The position numbers and the translations under genes are program-made. The notes under the pieces are model-generated. The model was given only the letters and a program-made list of their open reading frames with translations, made no database searches and had not been told where the DNA came from. From Amphiscolops sp. MND2022 (taxonomy: Eukaryota), in NCBI GenBank assembly GCA_964187785.1, contig OZ076409.1, positions 85,934,001 through 85,998,000 of the forward strand: a stretch of 64,000 nucleotides of DNA, in the 5' to 3' direction. Of this stretch, positions 26,601-38,030 are shown piece after piece (within the stretch, counting starts at the first letter, position 1; every line of letters begins with the position of its first letter).

Positions 26601-29600
26601 ACTGTAGCACGTTTGAATGTTCTGGTATTGGGCTTTCATTTTGGTCAGGTCGCCTGCCCCTTCCCTTCAGAATTTTAGTCTTTTTCCGGTACCACCGCTT
26701 CGTGCGGCCCGCTGCGCGGTGGCTTGTAGTAACAACAATGTTATTGGGGTTTGTTGCACCAGGACTTGTTGTGGAAGGGCATGTGCTTGTTTTTTTTCTA
26801 TTTATCAAAGGTTTTTGAGAAAACTCGATATCGTCAGAAACTGAATTTCGGGAAAAACCGTTTTTGCAAAAAAAACATTTTCTCAGCTTTGGAGACAATC
26901 CCTTTTTCTAATGCTTGTGCCATTTAAATCAATCTGGGTACCATTTAATTCTTGAAAAAAACTGTGCTAGAGAACATGGGCTACTGGCAAAAGGAATCAG
27001 ACTTTAGAAAAAGGGTAGGCTGCTTTAAAGCACCACTAGGTTCATTAGGGTTAAGGTATGCTATCAATCAGTAAAAAAACTAGTATTGTGTAAATTTGAC
27101 AATTATTTTTGATAACCCGCTATCTCAGGACCATTAAAGTGTGGGACATGAAACAGTTGACTTGTGCCAGAATTCTACACTGCCATTCCAGCTGTACTGA
27201 CTTGGTTGCTGTGGATTCCAGTATGTTGTGTAGTGGACATCTGGATAAGAGAATTCGTTTTTGGGATATCCGAGCCCACCAATCAGACCTGTCCACAAAT
27301 GAGATCTTGCTCACCGCTAAAGTTACTTCTGTCAACGCTTCTAGAGGTCATTATTTTTCTTCTGAAGCATTCATTTCATATTTTGAACATTAATCTTGTG
27401 TATTTTATTTCTGACATTTTTTTATTATATACCCCAATATTAATTACCAAAATTTACACGGGGAAAAGAATGCTATCAAGATATGAATTTTTCAGTGGTA
27501 AAAACTAAACATCTCAAGTTCCATTACAAAGTGAAAATCAGTGGAACAAGGAAAAGTAGGTAAACTCAAGGGTGTTTGTATTTACCGGTGACACAATAGC
27601 GTAAAATACTGCGATGGCAGGAATATTGAAATCTCGAGAATTCAACTTTTTTCAATACAACTCTTATCGTGATATTGAAAAGTTCAGATGTTTTGTTCGG
27701 CAGTGAGTATAAGCGTGCGATTTAAATTTCTCAAGCTGCCGGAAACAATTCGTTTCTCGTGCCATGGAACGAGCGAATGGTAATTATGCTGCTTTCGTAC
27801 GCCGAGTTATTGGGATGAAGCGAACGAGTGTTAATTATTCGTTCGCCGAGAGCTTCGCCTGCATTCAAATGCGAATGTGAAACTTCGTCTACGCTTAGTA
27901 GTTATATTTTCTTTGGTCCGAGAAGAATTAAAGGCGGTGTAAAGTGGTAGAGTGATTAATTGTGCGCTGTATAAATTATTAAGATATGCTTCTATTACTG
28001 AACATGAAAGCCTAAAAGCAGAAATAATACTGTGCCCCGCAGGGTCCTATTTTTTTATTATTTAGATTAATTAGCTGTTTATCATTCGAAATTTTTTAGT
28101 CGGCGTTTTCGAAGAAAAACCACGAGTCTTACCATGGCTGGTTTTTTTTCCAGTAGCTCTGATCCGTCCACTTTTACGGAGAACAGATGGAGCACAAATA
28201 CTATTCATACAGTAAAGACCATTTGATCTAGCCATTTGACCTTCACTCTATATCCGAATTTTTGACGTTATATCCGAACTATATTGCGTTTTTAATATTT
28301 CTGCTTCAACAGGAATGTTATCGAAATCTCAAAATGTCTACTTTTTTTCAGTACAATTTTTGGCACGATACTGAATAATTCAGATATTTTGTTCGGCAGT
28401 GACTATAAGCGTAAGAATTAAATTTCTCAAGCTGCCGACGACAATTCAATTCTCGTGCGATGGAACGAACGAGTGGTAATTATGCATTCGTATGCTGACG
28501 TCATTGAGATGAAGCGAATGAGTGTTAATCATTCGTTCGTTGAGAGCTTCGCCTGCATTCAAATGCGAATGCGAAACTTCGTCTACGCTTAGTAGTTATA
28601 CATGTTTTCTTCAGTCCGAGAAGAATTAAAGGCGGTGTAAACTTGTACAGTGATTTATTGTGCGCTAAATAATGATTAAACAGGAGTGTATTGGTATTCC
28701 AGATATGATTCTATTATTAATGAAAGATTAAAGCAGAAATAGTACTGAGCTATTAGGGTGGAGGCAGAGGCTCTAAATGATTGCGCTATATCCGAACTTT
28801 GACGTTTTATCTGCTATTTCCGAACCTTTTATCCGAAGTAAGTTGCATTCCACTAAAGGGGAAGCAGAGGAGTTTCTACTAGTGGAAAAACCTACAGTTT
28901 TTTCGGGCATCTGCGACTTTTTTTCCGAAAAAATTCTTTCGGTCAACCCTTCACTTTTTAAACGTTTTTGACCGAGAATAAGCGTTTTGCTAAATTAGGG
29001 TGTCTCCTTTTGGGTTATTCGGCAGTAACAGACTTTTCTGGAAAAAAATTGATTCAATCAAAGGGTACCCCCTTGAGTTTCATAAATCGTTTCGGCTTGA
29101 AAAAAGCCTTTAGCGAAAGCTTAAAGCTCTATTTTCGACACTGTGAGACTTTTTCTGAACAGGAAAATGTTGAAAATTTTTGTTTTGATATTTCCAGTTA
29201 GGGAAAAGCGGTTTTTGAGTTTTATGGGCATCTCTTCGGGTGTTCTTTGGTGCTGTAAATTCAATGAAAATTTTCACAATGCTGTGCCTTCGCGTATTCA
29301 AAACCTTTTTTTTTGAAACTTAAGCGGGGCGCTGACTTCGGGCGTTCCCGGCTTGTTTTCATTACACAGATGATGCATCAAACTTGTTTCAGACAAAAGG
29401 GACATTCTCTCGTGTACAAAAGACGGCCAGCTGAAAGTGGTGGATCTAAGAACAATGGCAGTGAAGTCAACCTTGGGTTCTGATAACTTGCGCATAGGCA
29501 GTGACTACTGTAGGGCCTCTCTCAGCCCAGATGGTCGATATGCAATGGTTGGAAGCAGTGACGGAACTGTATTCATTTTTGACGTCAACACGCAGAAAAT

Positions 29601-30287
29601 TGAAAAGACTCTGAAATCGCATCAGTGAGTGTTCATACTTCAATTTGACAACGTGGTGCAACTTTGGCTGCCTTTTTTCTCAATTGATTCTTGAAGAACA
29701 TAATCTGTTGTATAATTTACAAGTTGCTTTCCTACACAGTACTAAATTCATACAATTTGTCCAAAAATTTGTATACTTGATTTCATTTCTTCAGGATAAT
29801 TTGATCTATCGCTGAAAGTAATCACATAGGTCCGTGTAATTGGTTCTCTTCACTAATTTATCATTTGGAAATATCGCTAGAAAGCTATATCTACAACATG
29901 AAATTAAGAAGCCTTCCTAATCGACTTCATTTTCTTTTACAGCGGTAAGTTGTGGCCTGCTTGAGGATTTACATGATCTAACCTGAATGAAAAGGTTATT
30001 GGGGTCAATTTTTCAACTCGAAATCTAATCTATATGTAATTTCAAAAAGTACATTTCTTTTACGCGTTGGAATTATTAGAAATGATATAGCACTATTTGG
30101 AGTTTATGCGTCCTTACAGCCTTGTTTTAGTTGTAAACAAAAATCCAGATCAGTAAGATGGTATCTTTTGATAATTTATCACTGTTTTAGATCTGCTGTG
30201 ATCTGTACTACTTGGTCGAACGATGGTACTAGACTTTTGAGCTCAGACAGGAGTAAAAAGGTTGTCCTCTGGAGCGACAGGGGCTGA
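20601..30287 (+). CDS. ATG16: Autophagy-related protein 16 (ATG16L1-like), 12 coding exons, ~631 aa
   Basis: Exons 20601-20916, 21914-22025, 22289-22394, 22463-22536, 22775-23026, 23446-23523, 23604-23667, 23741-23852, 24162-24396, 27129-27346, 29393-29624 and 30191-30287 splice in frame (1896 nt). Encodes an ATG5-binding-like helix, a coiled coil and WD40 repeats (AHDEEV, HSLTGHTGKV, SGSHDRTIKVWD, SGHLDKRIRFWDIR). AATAAA at ~30395. Start codon uncertain. Confidence 0.9.
24592..26823. repeat. Near-perfect 1.12-kb tandem duplication in ATG16 intron 9
   Basis: 24592-25701 vs 25712-26823. The differences I see are homopolymer lengths and one substitution. Confidence 0.95.
26511..27050. mobile_element. 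piggyBac-like MITE
   Basis: TTAA|CCCCAATTGACCTGG ... CTAGGTTCATTAGGG|TTAA. Truncated duplicate at 25390-25701. Confidence 0.85.
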
Positions 30288-33208
30288 GCATTATCTAACT
30301 CTTCTCTAGTTCTCCCTGAGACACTCGCCACGCAAGTTTACCTCAACACAACTACAGAACTTGGTTATTTGGGACTCGCCAACATTGGATGTGAATAAAT
30401 TTGAATATCTTCGATTCACGATTTTGCGCAAACGTTTTTGATACTCAATTTATAAATTCTAATTCTATAGATTCAAACCCACTTTTGCAATGCTGCAAAT
30501 GAAATGAGACAACTGACCGACCGTTTTATAGTGAATTTTGTGTGGTAAATTGTCTCGACGCTAGGATATCTGAATAAATGCGTCTCACGAGTTTTAATAT
30601 CCTAGCTAACGCAAAAATTATCTAAGAATGCAACCAATTTTGATAGCGTAATGATACACTGAAACAGCTCGAATATTCTCTGCACCTGTCATCATTCAAA
30701 AGCAGTTAATTGCAAATCCAATGAAGTTGTCAAACCGAAATTGTCACGTAATATGAAGTTTACTTGTGACCTTAAATGATGAAACAGCAAGCGATTTTTT
30801 TGCTTCATTTTTAGCAAGCGATTTGGATGTAGCTAGTGTTTAATAGTTGCAGATTTGTGGTTTAAACAGACAATAATTAGAGTTGAGTGTTTCACCCCCT
30901 AGTACAATGAATTTCGAAAAGTCGTTTTATGGAATATTATTTGTCAATAAGACGGGTGAATAAGTTAAGGTTCTTTGACATTTTTCATCCATTCGAGAAA
31001 AAACGAAGCATAGATGAAAAAATTCTGTGCATTTCTGTAGGAAATTCTCGGAATGCTCTCAGAAAAACAGTTTTCGTACGAAATGAACAGTAATGATGTA
31101 ACCGTTTCGGAAAAACCTCTAAAAACTATGATTGCCATTTTCTAGCGCAGTGGCACAGTACAATTTGGCTTTCCATCTATCTGTTAAACAATACGAACGC
31201 TTCAAAGAAACCACGGAGAAAGAAGCATAGATGACGCATCAATATCGTGTAGAAATAACTTCAAAAACTGCAATTAGACTGTTATAGATTTGAAAATGAC
31301 GAGCAAACAACATTCGCCATGTAGGTGTCAAAATGTTTAAATTGATTTCCTTACTTTCGGATACTTCATGAAGATGAACGGCATAACAGAACACAATTCA
31401 ATTGTCGGCCGTTGAACGTTTTCTCTATAGGATCAGACAGGATTTACAATCAATGCTCGTAGTGAGAAAAATTCAATTTCCATTACTTTCGATTTGACTA
31501 ATTTTATTTTATATCGATAGAACTTGTTATGAAAACGTTAGTGAATTTAGTGTTGATAAACTGAATCTTTGCCTAATGCCTGTCAAAACGGAACATACAA
31601 AATGTTCTATACCCATCGTGTAGACATGGATTCTGAAAGTTGTGAATATCCAACTCGGTACTCATCAACTTCGTGGAAGCTTAGATGGAGAAAAATCCTC
31701 CTCTCTATAATCAATTTTTCCGTTTTTATTATTTCTGCCATAGCAGGAATATTATTGAAATCTCAAGAACTCAACTTTTTTCAGTACAATTTTTGTCGAG
31801 ATATCGAGTACTTACTAAAAGATACAGATCTGTTCGGCAGTGAGTGGTAAGCGTGAGAATTGAATTTCTCAAGCTGCCGACAATTCGTTTCTCGTGCGAT
31901 GGAACGAGCGAGTGGTAATTATTCGTTCGCCGAGAGCTTCGCCTGAGTTCAAGTGCGAATGCGAAACTTCGTCTACACTTAGTACAGTCTGTAATTAAGA
32001 AATCATCCCCCTTATGACGTTCTCAGCCAATAGAATTTGCTCTCACTTTCAAAATTCGATTGGCGCATCGAGTGAAATCCGTGTAAATTGAGGAAGTTTA
32101 ACATTTCGAGTCTGATAATTCGGAAACGGTGGATCATTTTTGAAATCAAAACATCTCCATTTCAGTAGATTTGTGGGAATTAATTGAGCAAAAAAAAATG
32201 GATAAAACGTTCAAAAACTAGAAAAACGGCAAAGGGTCCCAATTTTGCTCTAAATCAGCTATTTGTAACTTCTCAAATTTTGTCTCAGAATTGTTTAAAA
32301 GTTACTAAAGTAAACTAGATGAAATTCTAAGTAACTTTTATTTTCGATGTTTTTCAAACTTTCCAACTAATTTCGAGAAAATCGAGCCTAAAATTTTCCA
32401 TATTGAGAAATGGACTATAGATACATTTGAAATTTTAAAAAAAGCATTGAAGTGACAATGCAAAAGCGGTAAAAAGCGAGCAGAAATGTGAGGGGTTAGA
32501 TTGCTAGCTCCGTTAGAGTGTTTCTCAACATTCTATAGCAAATGTGAGAAATGTATCAACTGACCGACAATCTCATGTATTGGTGCGCAATCCGATAAGA
32601 TGACGGAAAAATGCTTGTAAAGTCCGAATATCCTAAAGAGCACCAGTTATCTCGATATTTTGAAACGTTACGACAAAAAATGCACTTGCCAGGTTTTGTG
32701 TTCCAACAAAACACGGGTTCATACGACATCAAATAAAGTTTTTGAGTGGGTGAGTTTGAAAATGAGTGAAAAATAGGGATGTTTTGGGCTATTGTTAGAA
32801 GGTTGTTCGAACAAATCGGTTCGCGGGAGAATGTTGAAATTTTGGAAATCGATTGATCAACAGACCTTCCGAAAATTTTGACAGCTTTCCAGACCGACTA
32901 AAAGCAGTCAATGGTAGCAACGAACTCATTTTCCGATTCTTGAAATGCTGTTTCAATACAATTGCTATATTTGATTTTGAGTTTATTTCACATTTATTGT
33001 TTTCAAAACATTTTCGACGTACTCAACATTTTGGAAATACAGTGTATCAATAAGCATGTTAGCTTGAATTTTTCATTTAATTTTCATGGGCTACGCAAAA
33101 ACTTTTGGTACCTCTGTGCTGCTTGTGTCTACAATCAGGAATAAACAAATGGCTGTCAGTATGGAGCGCTTTTTATTCAACCTCAGAAAAAGAATATTAA
33201 CCGCACTG

Positions 33209-33278
33209 CCTCAAATTTGATTTCATTGAATAAACAATTTAAGCTTAAATTGTTTATTCAATGAAATCAAATTTGAGG
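33209..33278. repeat. Perfect 70-bp palindrome
   Basis: Centred on AAGCTT (33241-33246); the arms are exactly complementary. Confidence 0.95.
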
Positions 33279-33285
33279 TCTAGAC

Positions 33286-34915
33286 CAGGGTGACCACTTG
33301 GTCAGAAATTTCTGACCAGTCAGAAATGGTCAGAAATCGAACCTAGGTCAGAAAACGATTCTGACCAACGAAGAATAGCTAACTATTTATTGTGATATTT
33401 AATAGGAGTTTTCTAACATTAAAGTTATGTTTAATTAAAAATATTTTTTTAGATTCATGAGGATCTGTAAGTTCCAAGATATTTGGAAGACTTTATTTAG
33501 CTGGGTATTACCCGTTCCTGAAAACGCACATAAGGCCAAATGCAAGTATTGCCCTGGAAAATTAATTGACATAAAATGTGGCAGTCAAGCACTGAAGCGT
33601 CACGAAGCTTGCAGTATTCATATGAAAGCGGTAACTTCTGTAGCTGGTTCAAATATTGTGGCCCAAATGCAGGCAGGTACCTCTGTGGAAGAAGGAAAAC
33701 TCAAAGTTGTTTTACTTCATTGCCTCAAACTTGTTCTAGACGGGCATTCTCTACGGTCTAGCGACTGTTGTTCCCGTTCAAGAAACTTTTATTCAAAGTT
33801 GTTCCCTGACTCCAAATACGCGGATATTAACTGCGGTCGTACCAAAGCTGGTTACATTATCAAATTTGCACTTGGTTCTTATTGCAAGGAACTCATTATT
33901 TCTGAAATGGCTGACAAGCCGTTCGCAATACACGTGGACGAGTCGATGTATCATAGTAAAGTGCGCCTGGAGTTTTGGGTAATTCATTTTGATAAACAAA
34001 TTCGCCGGGTCCGATACCTGACTACCATCGAGTTGAAGACAAATTTTGATGTGAGTGCTTTTCTGACATCAGATAGCTCATTGAAATCATTCGATGATGT
34101 CAAACTTGTTTCTTCACAGGCTGTTTTTGATTCTACGATCGGGGTCCTTGATATGTTTTCTTTGTCACTTCAAAATGTAATTCACGTCATGACGGACAAT
34201 TGTTGATCTCGAAAAATCAAAATAACAACGGAATTCAAGTTAATAAATATTTTTCTTGAAAATGAGTTGACAGAATTTCCTTGCATCTCCAAATTAGTGG
34301 AGTGTTGTTCAGTGCTTTGTCCGCATAATATGATGGTAGATTCAGGTTTCAGTAAAATGAAGTTCTTCGAAGATAATTATCAAGCTAACTTCAGTGTTGA
34401 TATGTACAACAGCTTCCGACTTGTGGCGGACAATTTTTCCCGGGATGCTTTCGAAGATTTCAAGCCGACGGAATCACTTCTAAAATTGGCCAAATCAGCA
34501 TCAAAAATGTACAAAGATTAACAGAGCAGTCTTCAAGAAGTCGAAAAAAAAGATAATAAAAAACATGTCGAAGTTCTGGTTTTTAAGCGGAAAGCAGTTA
34601 AAGCGTTGGACAGAGAGCTCCAAGAAGCAGGAAAAGAACTCGCCGAAGCAGAGATTGGATTTGTTCAAGCTAAAAAACGCAAACAAGAACTGGAAGCGAT
34701 GAAAAGTGGTGTAATTGCCCGACGAGACAATGTATCTGATGAAATAATTTCTTCTATGTTCAGTTGAATTTCATTTTTCATCCATATATGTTTTCATTCA
34801 GAATGATGGGACGATGCGGGACGATAATTTTTGAATTCATATTGTTCTTTTTCAGATCAGAAATTGTAGATTTTTGGTAGGTCAGAAATTTGAGTTGATC
34901 GAAGTGGTCACCCTG
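33286..34915 (+). mobile_element. Internally deleted hAT DNA transposon
   Basis: 14-bp TIR CAGGGTGACCACTT; 8-bp TSD GTCTAGAC/GCCTAGAC. ORF 33457-34206 has a BED-like finger, HVDES and MTDN. Dimerisation-domain remnant at 34267-34521. Confidence 0.9.
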
Positions 34916-34970
34916 GCCTAGACCACGCTGAGTTTTGTCAAACGTCAGAACGACAAAGATCGTTTATTGA

Positions 34971-36834
34971 CTAGGCTTCAACCCGCACCACATTTCTGAT
35001 TTTCTGCGGTTTTTCACGATAATTTTCGGGTTGCGGTTTTAGCATGCGGTCCGAAAAAGAATCAGAAAAAGTTTTTTATTCAACTTCGGTATCAAATGAT
35101 GCATCAAAGGTACTCAAATCATCTGAAGCATTTTTTTCAACCAAAATGGCAAATCTGGGTAAGCATGTTTTATGTTGTATCTGATGAATAACATCTTTTC
35201 AACAGTTGTTCCCAGCAAACTACTTCGCAGCTCCGTATGTATCATCTTGTGTTTGCTGAAAACTCTCTCTACTGCGGCTTCACTGGTTGGTATTTTTCGA
35301 AGAAATTTGTCGCGAAATATTTTAAGGGCTGGTTTAATTTTAGTCCCATTGAGACCCATTGCTGAATCGAGAAATCGGCTTTCAAGATCATCGCAAATTT
35401 TCGCTGAGATTTGCTTGAGCCATTCAACAGCAGAGTTAATTGCATTTTCGCTGAAGTCGATATTCCCATCAATAATTGCAAGTAAAATGCTGACATTATT
35501 ATGAAGCCAAGGAACATACCAATATATAATCGCCGATACTTCCTTATAACCCAAATCGATGTTTCGTGTGGCTTGTTTCTCAACCGAGTTGAGAAAGTCC
35601 TGCCAGTTGTACGAATCAGATTGACTTCGATTGAGAATATCAAGTAGAGGTTGAAGCATGGCTAACGCATGATGCAAAATCTGTATGTCCTCCTTGACCA
35701 TGTCACTATGTCCGCTAATGCCGCTCAGCTTCTTAACCAAGTCATTCATTCGTTCTATCCTGCTGTTCCAGCGAGTTTCACAATATCGCTTCACATTGCC
35801 ATCTGATATATGTCTCACTAAAACTTCATTCGCTTTTTTCAAGGGCGTAACTTCCAACAAAAGTTTTTTGATCATGGAGATTTGTGGTATGTGCACCACA
35901 TCGATTTCCACAAATTTGTGGAAACTCAGCGGTTATCTTTTTGATTGCAGATTGGCAGTTTCGAACATTGTCTGCAATAATTCCAATCACCTTTGTTTTG
36001 TTCAAAGTCAACTCTTCTATTATTTGCCGAATTTCCATAGATATAAAGTCCAGAGTATGTGTGTCAAGAATGTGACTTTGCCAAAAAATAGGCTCATGTG
36101 ATCGTGTAAAATCGAGTAAGACAAAACACAGATGTTTGGATTTTGTAATTGAATGAGTCCAGCCATCAAACGCGAGTATAACTTGCTTTTCTCGAATTAG
36201 TTCCAGAACCTTGCTTTTAACATTTTCATGGACAGAAATAACTTCGTTTTTTCATTGACGTATCTGAAAATTTCACTCCAAGTGCCCACGAGGTACATTG
36301 GTCTTCAAAAAATGTAACTGGAATCGGATGGTTGCTACAACAAGTAAGAATCGCCAATTTTGTTTTTTGATTCATTTCAGACGGTTTGGAAACAGAAAAA
36401 TATTTCGCAAGATCAAGGCATTGATTGCCCCCTTTGTCGTTCCTTTTCTGTATAAAAGCATTGTATTTTTCTGGGTGCTTTGATTTATAATGCTCAGACA
36501 ATGTTGTGTAACCTGTAGTTCTCCCTCTGAAGGTATATTCATGTTTGCATTCAATGCAAATTGCCTTCAAATCGATATAATGAAGAGTATTCCTTTGTAA
36601 TTTGAGCCATAACTTTATGTTATGTAATGTAAGCAAGCAATGTAATTACGCTTAAACTGTGAAATTATACGTTAACCACGTGTTAAAATTTGCTAAAAGG
36701 CGGTATTTCATTCTAAAATACTTTGTTTTAATTTCATCCAATCAGCGCGGTTCGTTAATCTGGTATTTGCGGATTGCAGCGCGCAATTAACACGTGCGGT
36801 CTGCGGTGCGGTTAATGTATTAGTTGGAGCCTAG
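34971..36834 (-). mobile_element. hAT (Ac/hobo-like) transposon with frameshifted transposase
   Basis: TIR CTAGGCT(T/C)CAAC; 8-bp TSD TTTATTGA. BED finger (CIEC..H..H), FDGWT, ADN, CGAH, RWNS and SEAAVERVFS motifs split across frames within 35114-36636. Confidence 0.9.
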
Positions 36835-36975
36835 TTTATTGATTATCATTATAATGTACCCACCTGAAGAGTTATTTTTAAGTCGTCTGCTGTACTTCGG
36901 ATTGAAAGTTAGGGTTCACTTTCCTGTTGAAATGAAAAGTTGTAGAAACGATAAAATTCCGCAAAGCATGTTTTC

Positions 36976-37517
36976 ATTTTAGTCGGCGATTTTGCAACAA
37001 AAAAGTTTCATTTTCGTCAGGCCTCACATTGTAAGGTCCACTTTTCCAGTTACGCCTAAGTCTTAGAGGTTACTCAATGAGGCTCAGGGGTACTTCCTGG
37101 AGTTTTTCACAGTATTTACCGTATCCTAGAAAGTATTTGGAACCCTGAAGGTTTTTGGCACTGTCGACGTTTTTTTGAAATTTCCAATTTTCCAACGAGG
37201 GAGTCCCTGCTTCAACTCTTTATTGTTTTCAGTCAGGGCAATACAGTTCACAGTTCGAGTGCGACAGGGCCCTCCTTTCGTGTTTTCGGTTGTGCGACGT
37301 TTTTCGAAAGAAAAATTCTTTTTTTTTCACCAAATTTCGTTTTTTTTTTGACATTTTAGTTAGAGAAAAGCGTTTAAGGAGCACAAAAGGCCTCTTTGGA
37401 TATTTTCGACACTCTTGTGTTTGTGCCATTTTACCTTAGAAATGATCTGGACATTTTATTAACTTTACACTTTTTAGCCTTAAGCGGACGCCGACTTGAG
37501 AGGTTCCCGTTTTGTTT
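36976..37517 (+). mobile_element. Helentron/HINE-like element copy
   Basis: TTTTAGTCGGCG start; CGCCGACTT..GTTCCCGTTTTGTTT end. Confidence 0.6.
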
Positions 37518-37923
37518 CCTATTCAATTGTCGAAATTTCAAGACTTTCATTCAGAAGTGAGTCCAAATCAACCATGTATTTAGTTTTGATGTACATATTT
37601 TCCATACTTTTGGAAGAATGTTTTCAGATTGCCTCCACCATTTACTGTGAAAAAAGTACAACATTTTATCACGTTATATGATGTGTATGAGATACAATTT
37701 TTAGCCTTAAGCGGGCGCCGACTTGAGAGGTTCCCGTTTTGTTTCCTATTCAATTGTCGAAATTTCAAGACTTTCATTCAGAAGTGAGTCCAAATCAACC
37801 ATGTATTTAGTTTTGATGTACATATTTTCCATACTTTTGGAAGAATGTTTTCAGATTGCCTCCACCATTTACTGTGAAAAAAGTACAACATTTTATCACG
37901 TTATATGATGTGTATGAGATACA
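37471..37923. repeat. 227-bp tandem duplication
   Basis: 37471-37697 repeated at 37698-37923; I see one internal substitution. Confidence 0.95.
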
Positions 37924-38030
37924 GTAGAATGTTAAGAACTTTTTAGAGCCTCCACCGTCTACATGTAGTTTGGATCATGTTATGATTGTGCTCTCTGCAA
38001 GGATCACCATAATCATTGAACGCGCTGTCA

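Noticed and set aside
25435..26898. Duplicated ~100-aa ORFs
   Set aside because: Chance frames within a piggyBac-like MITE copied by tandem duplication.
31984..33200. Tc1/mariner element starting TA|CAGTCTG
   Set aside because: No matching right TIR or transposase found.
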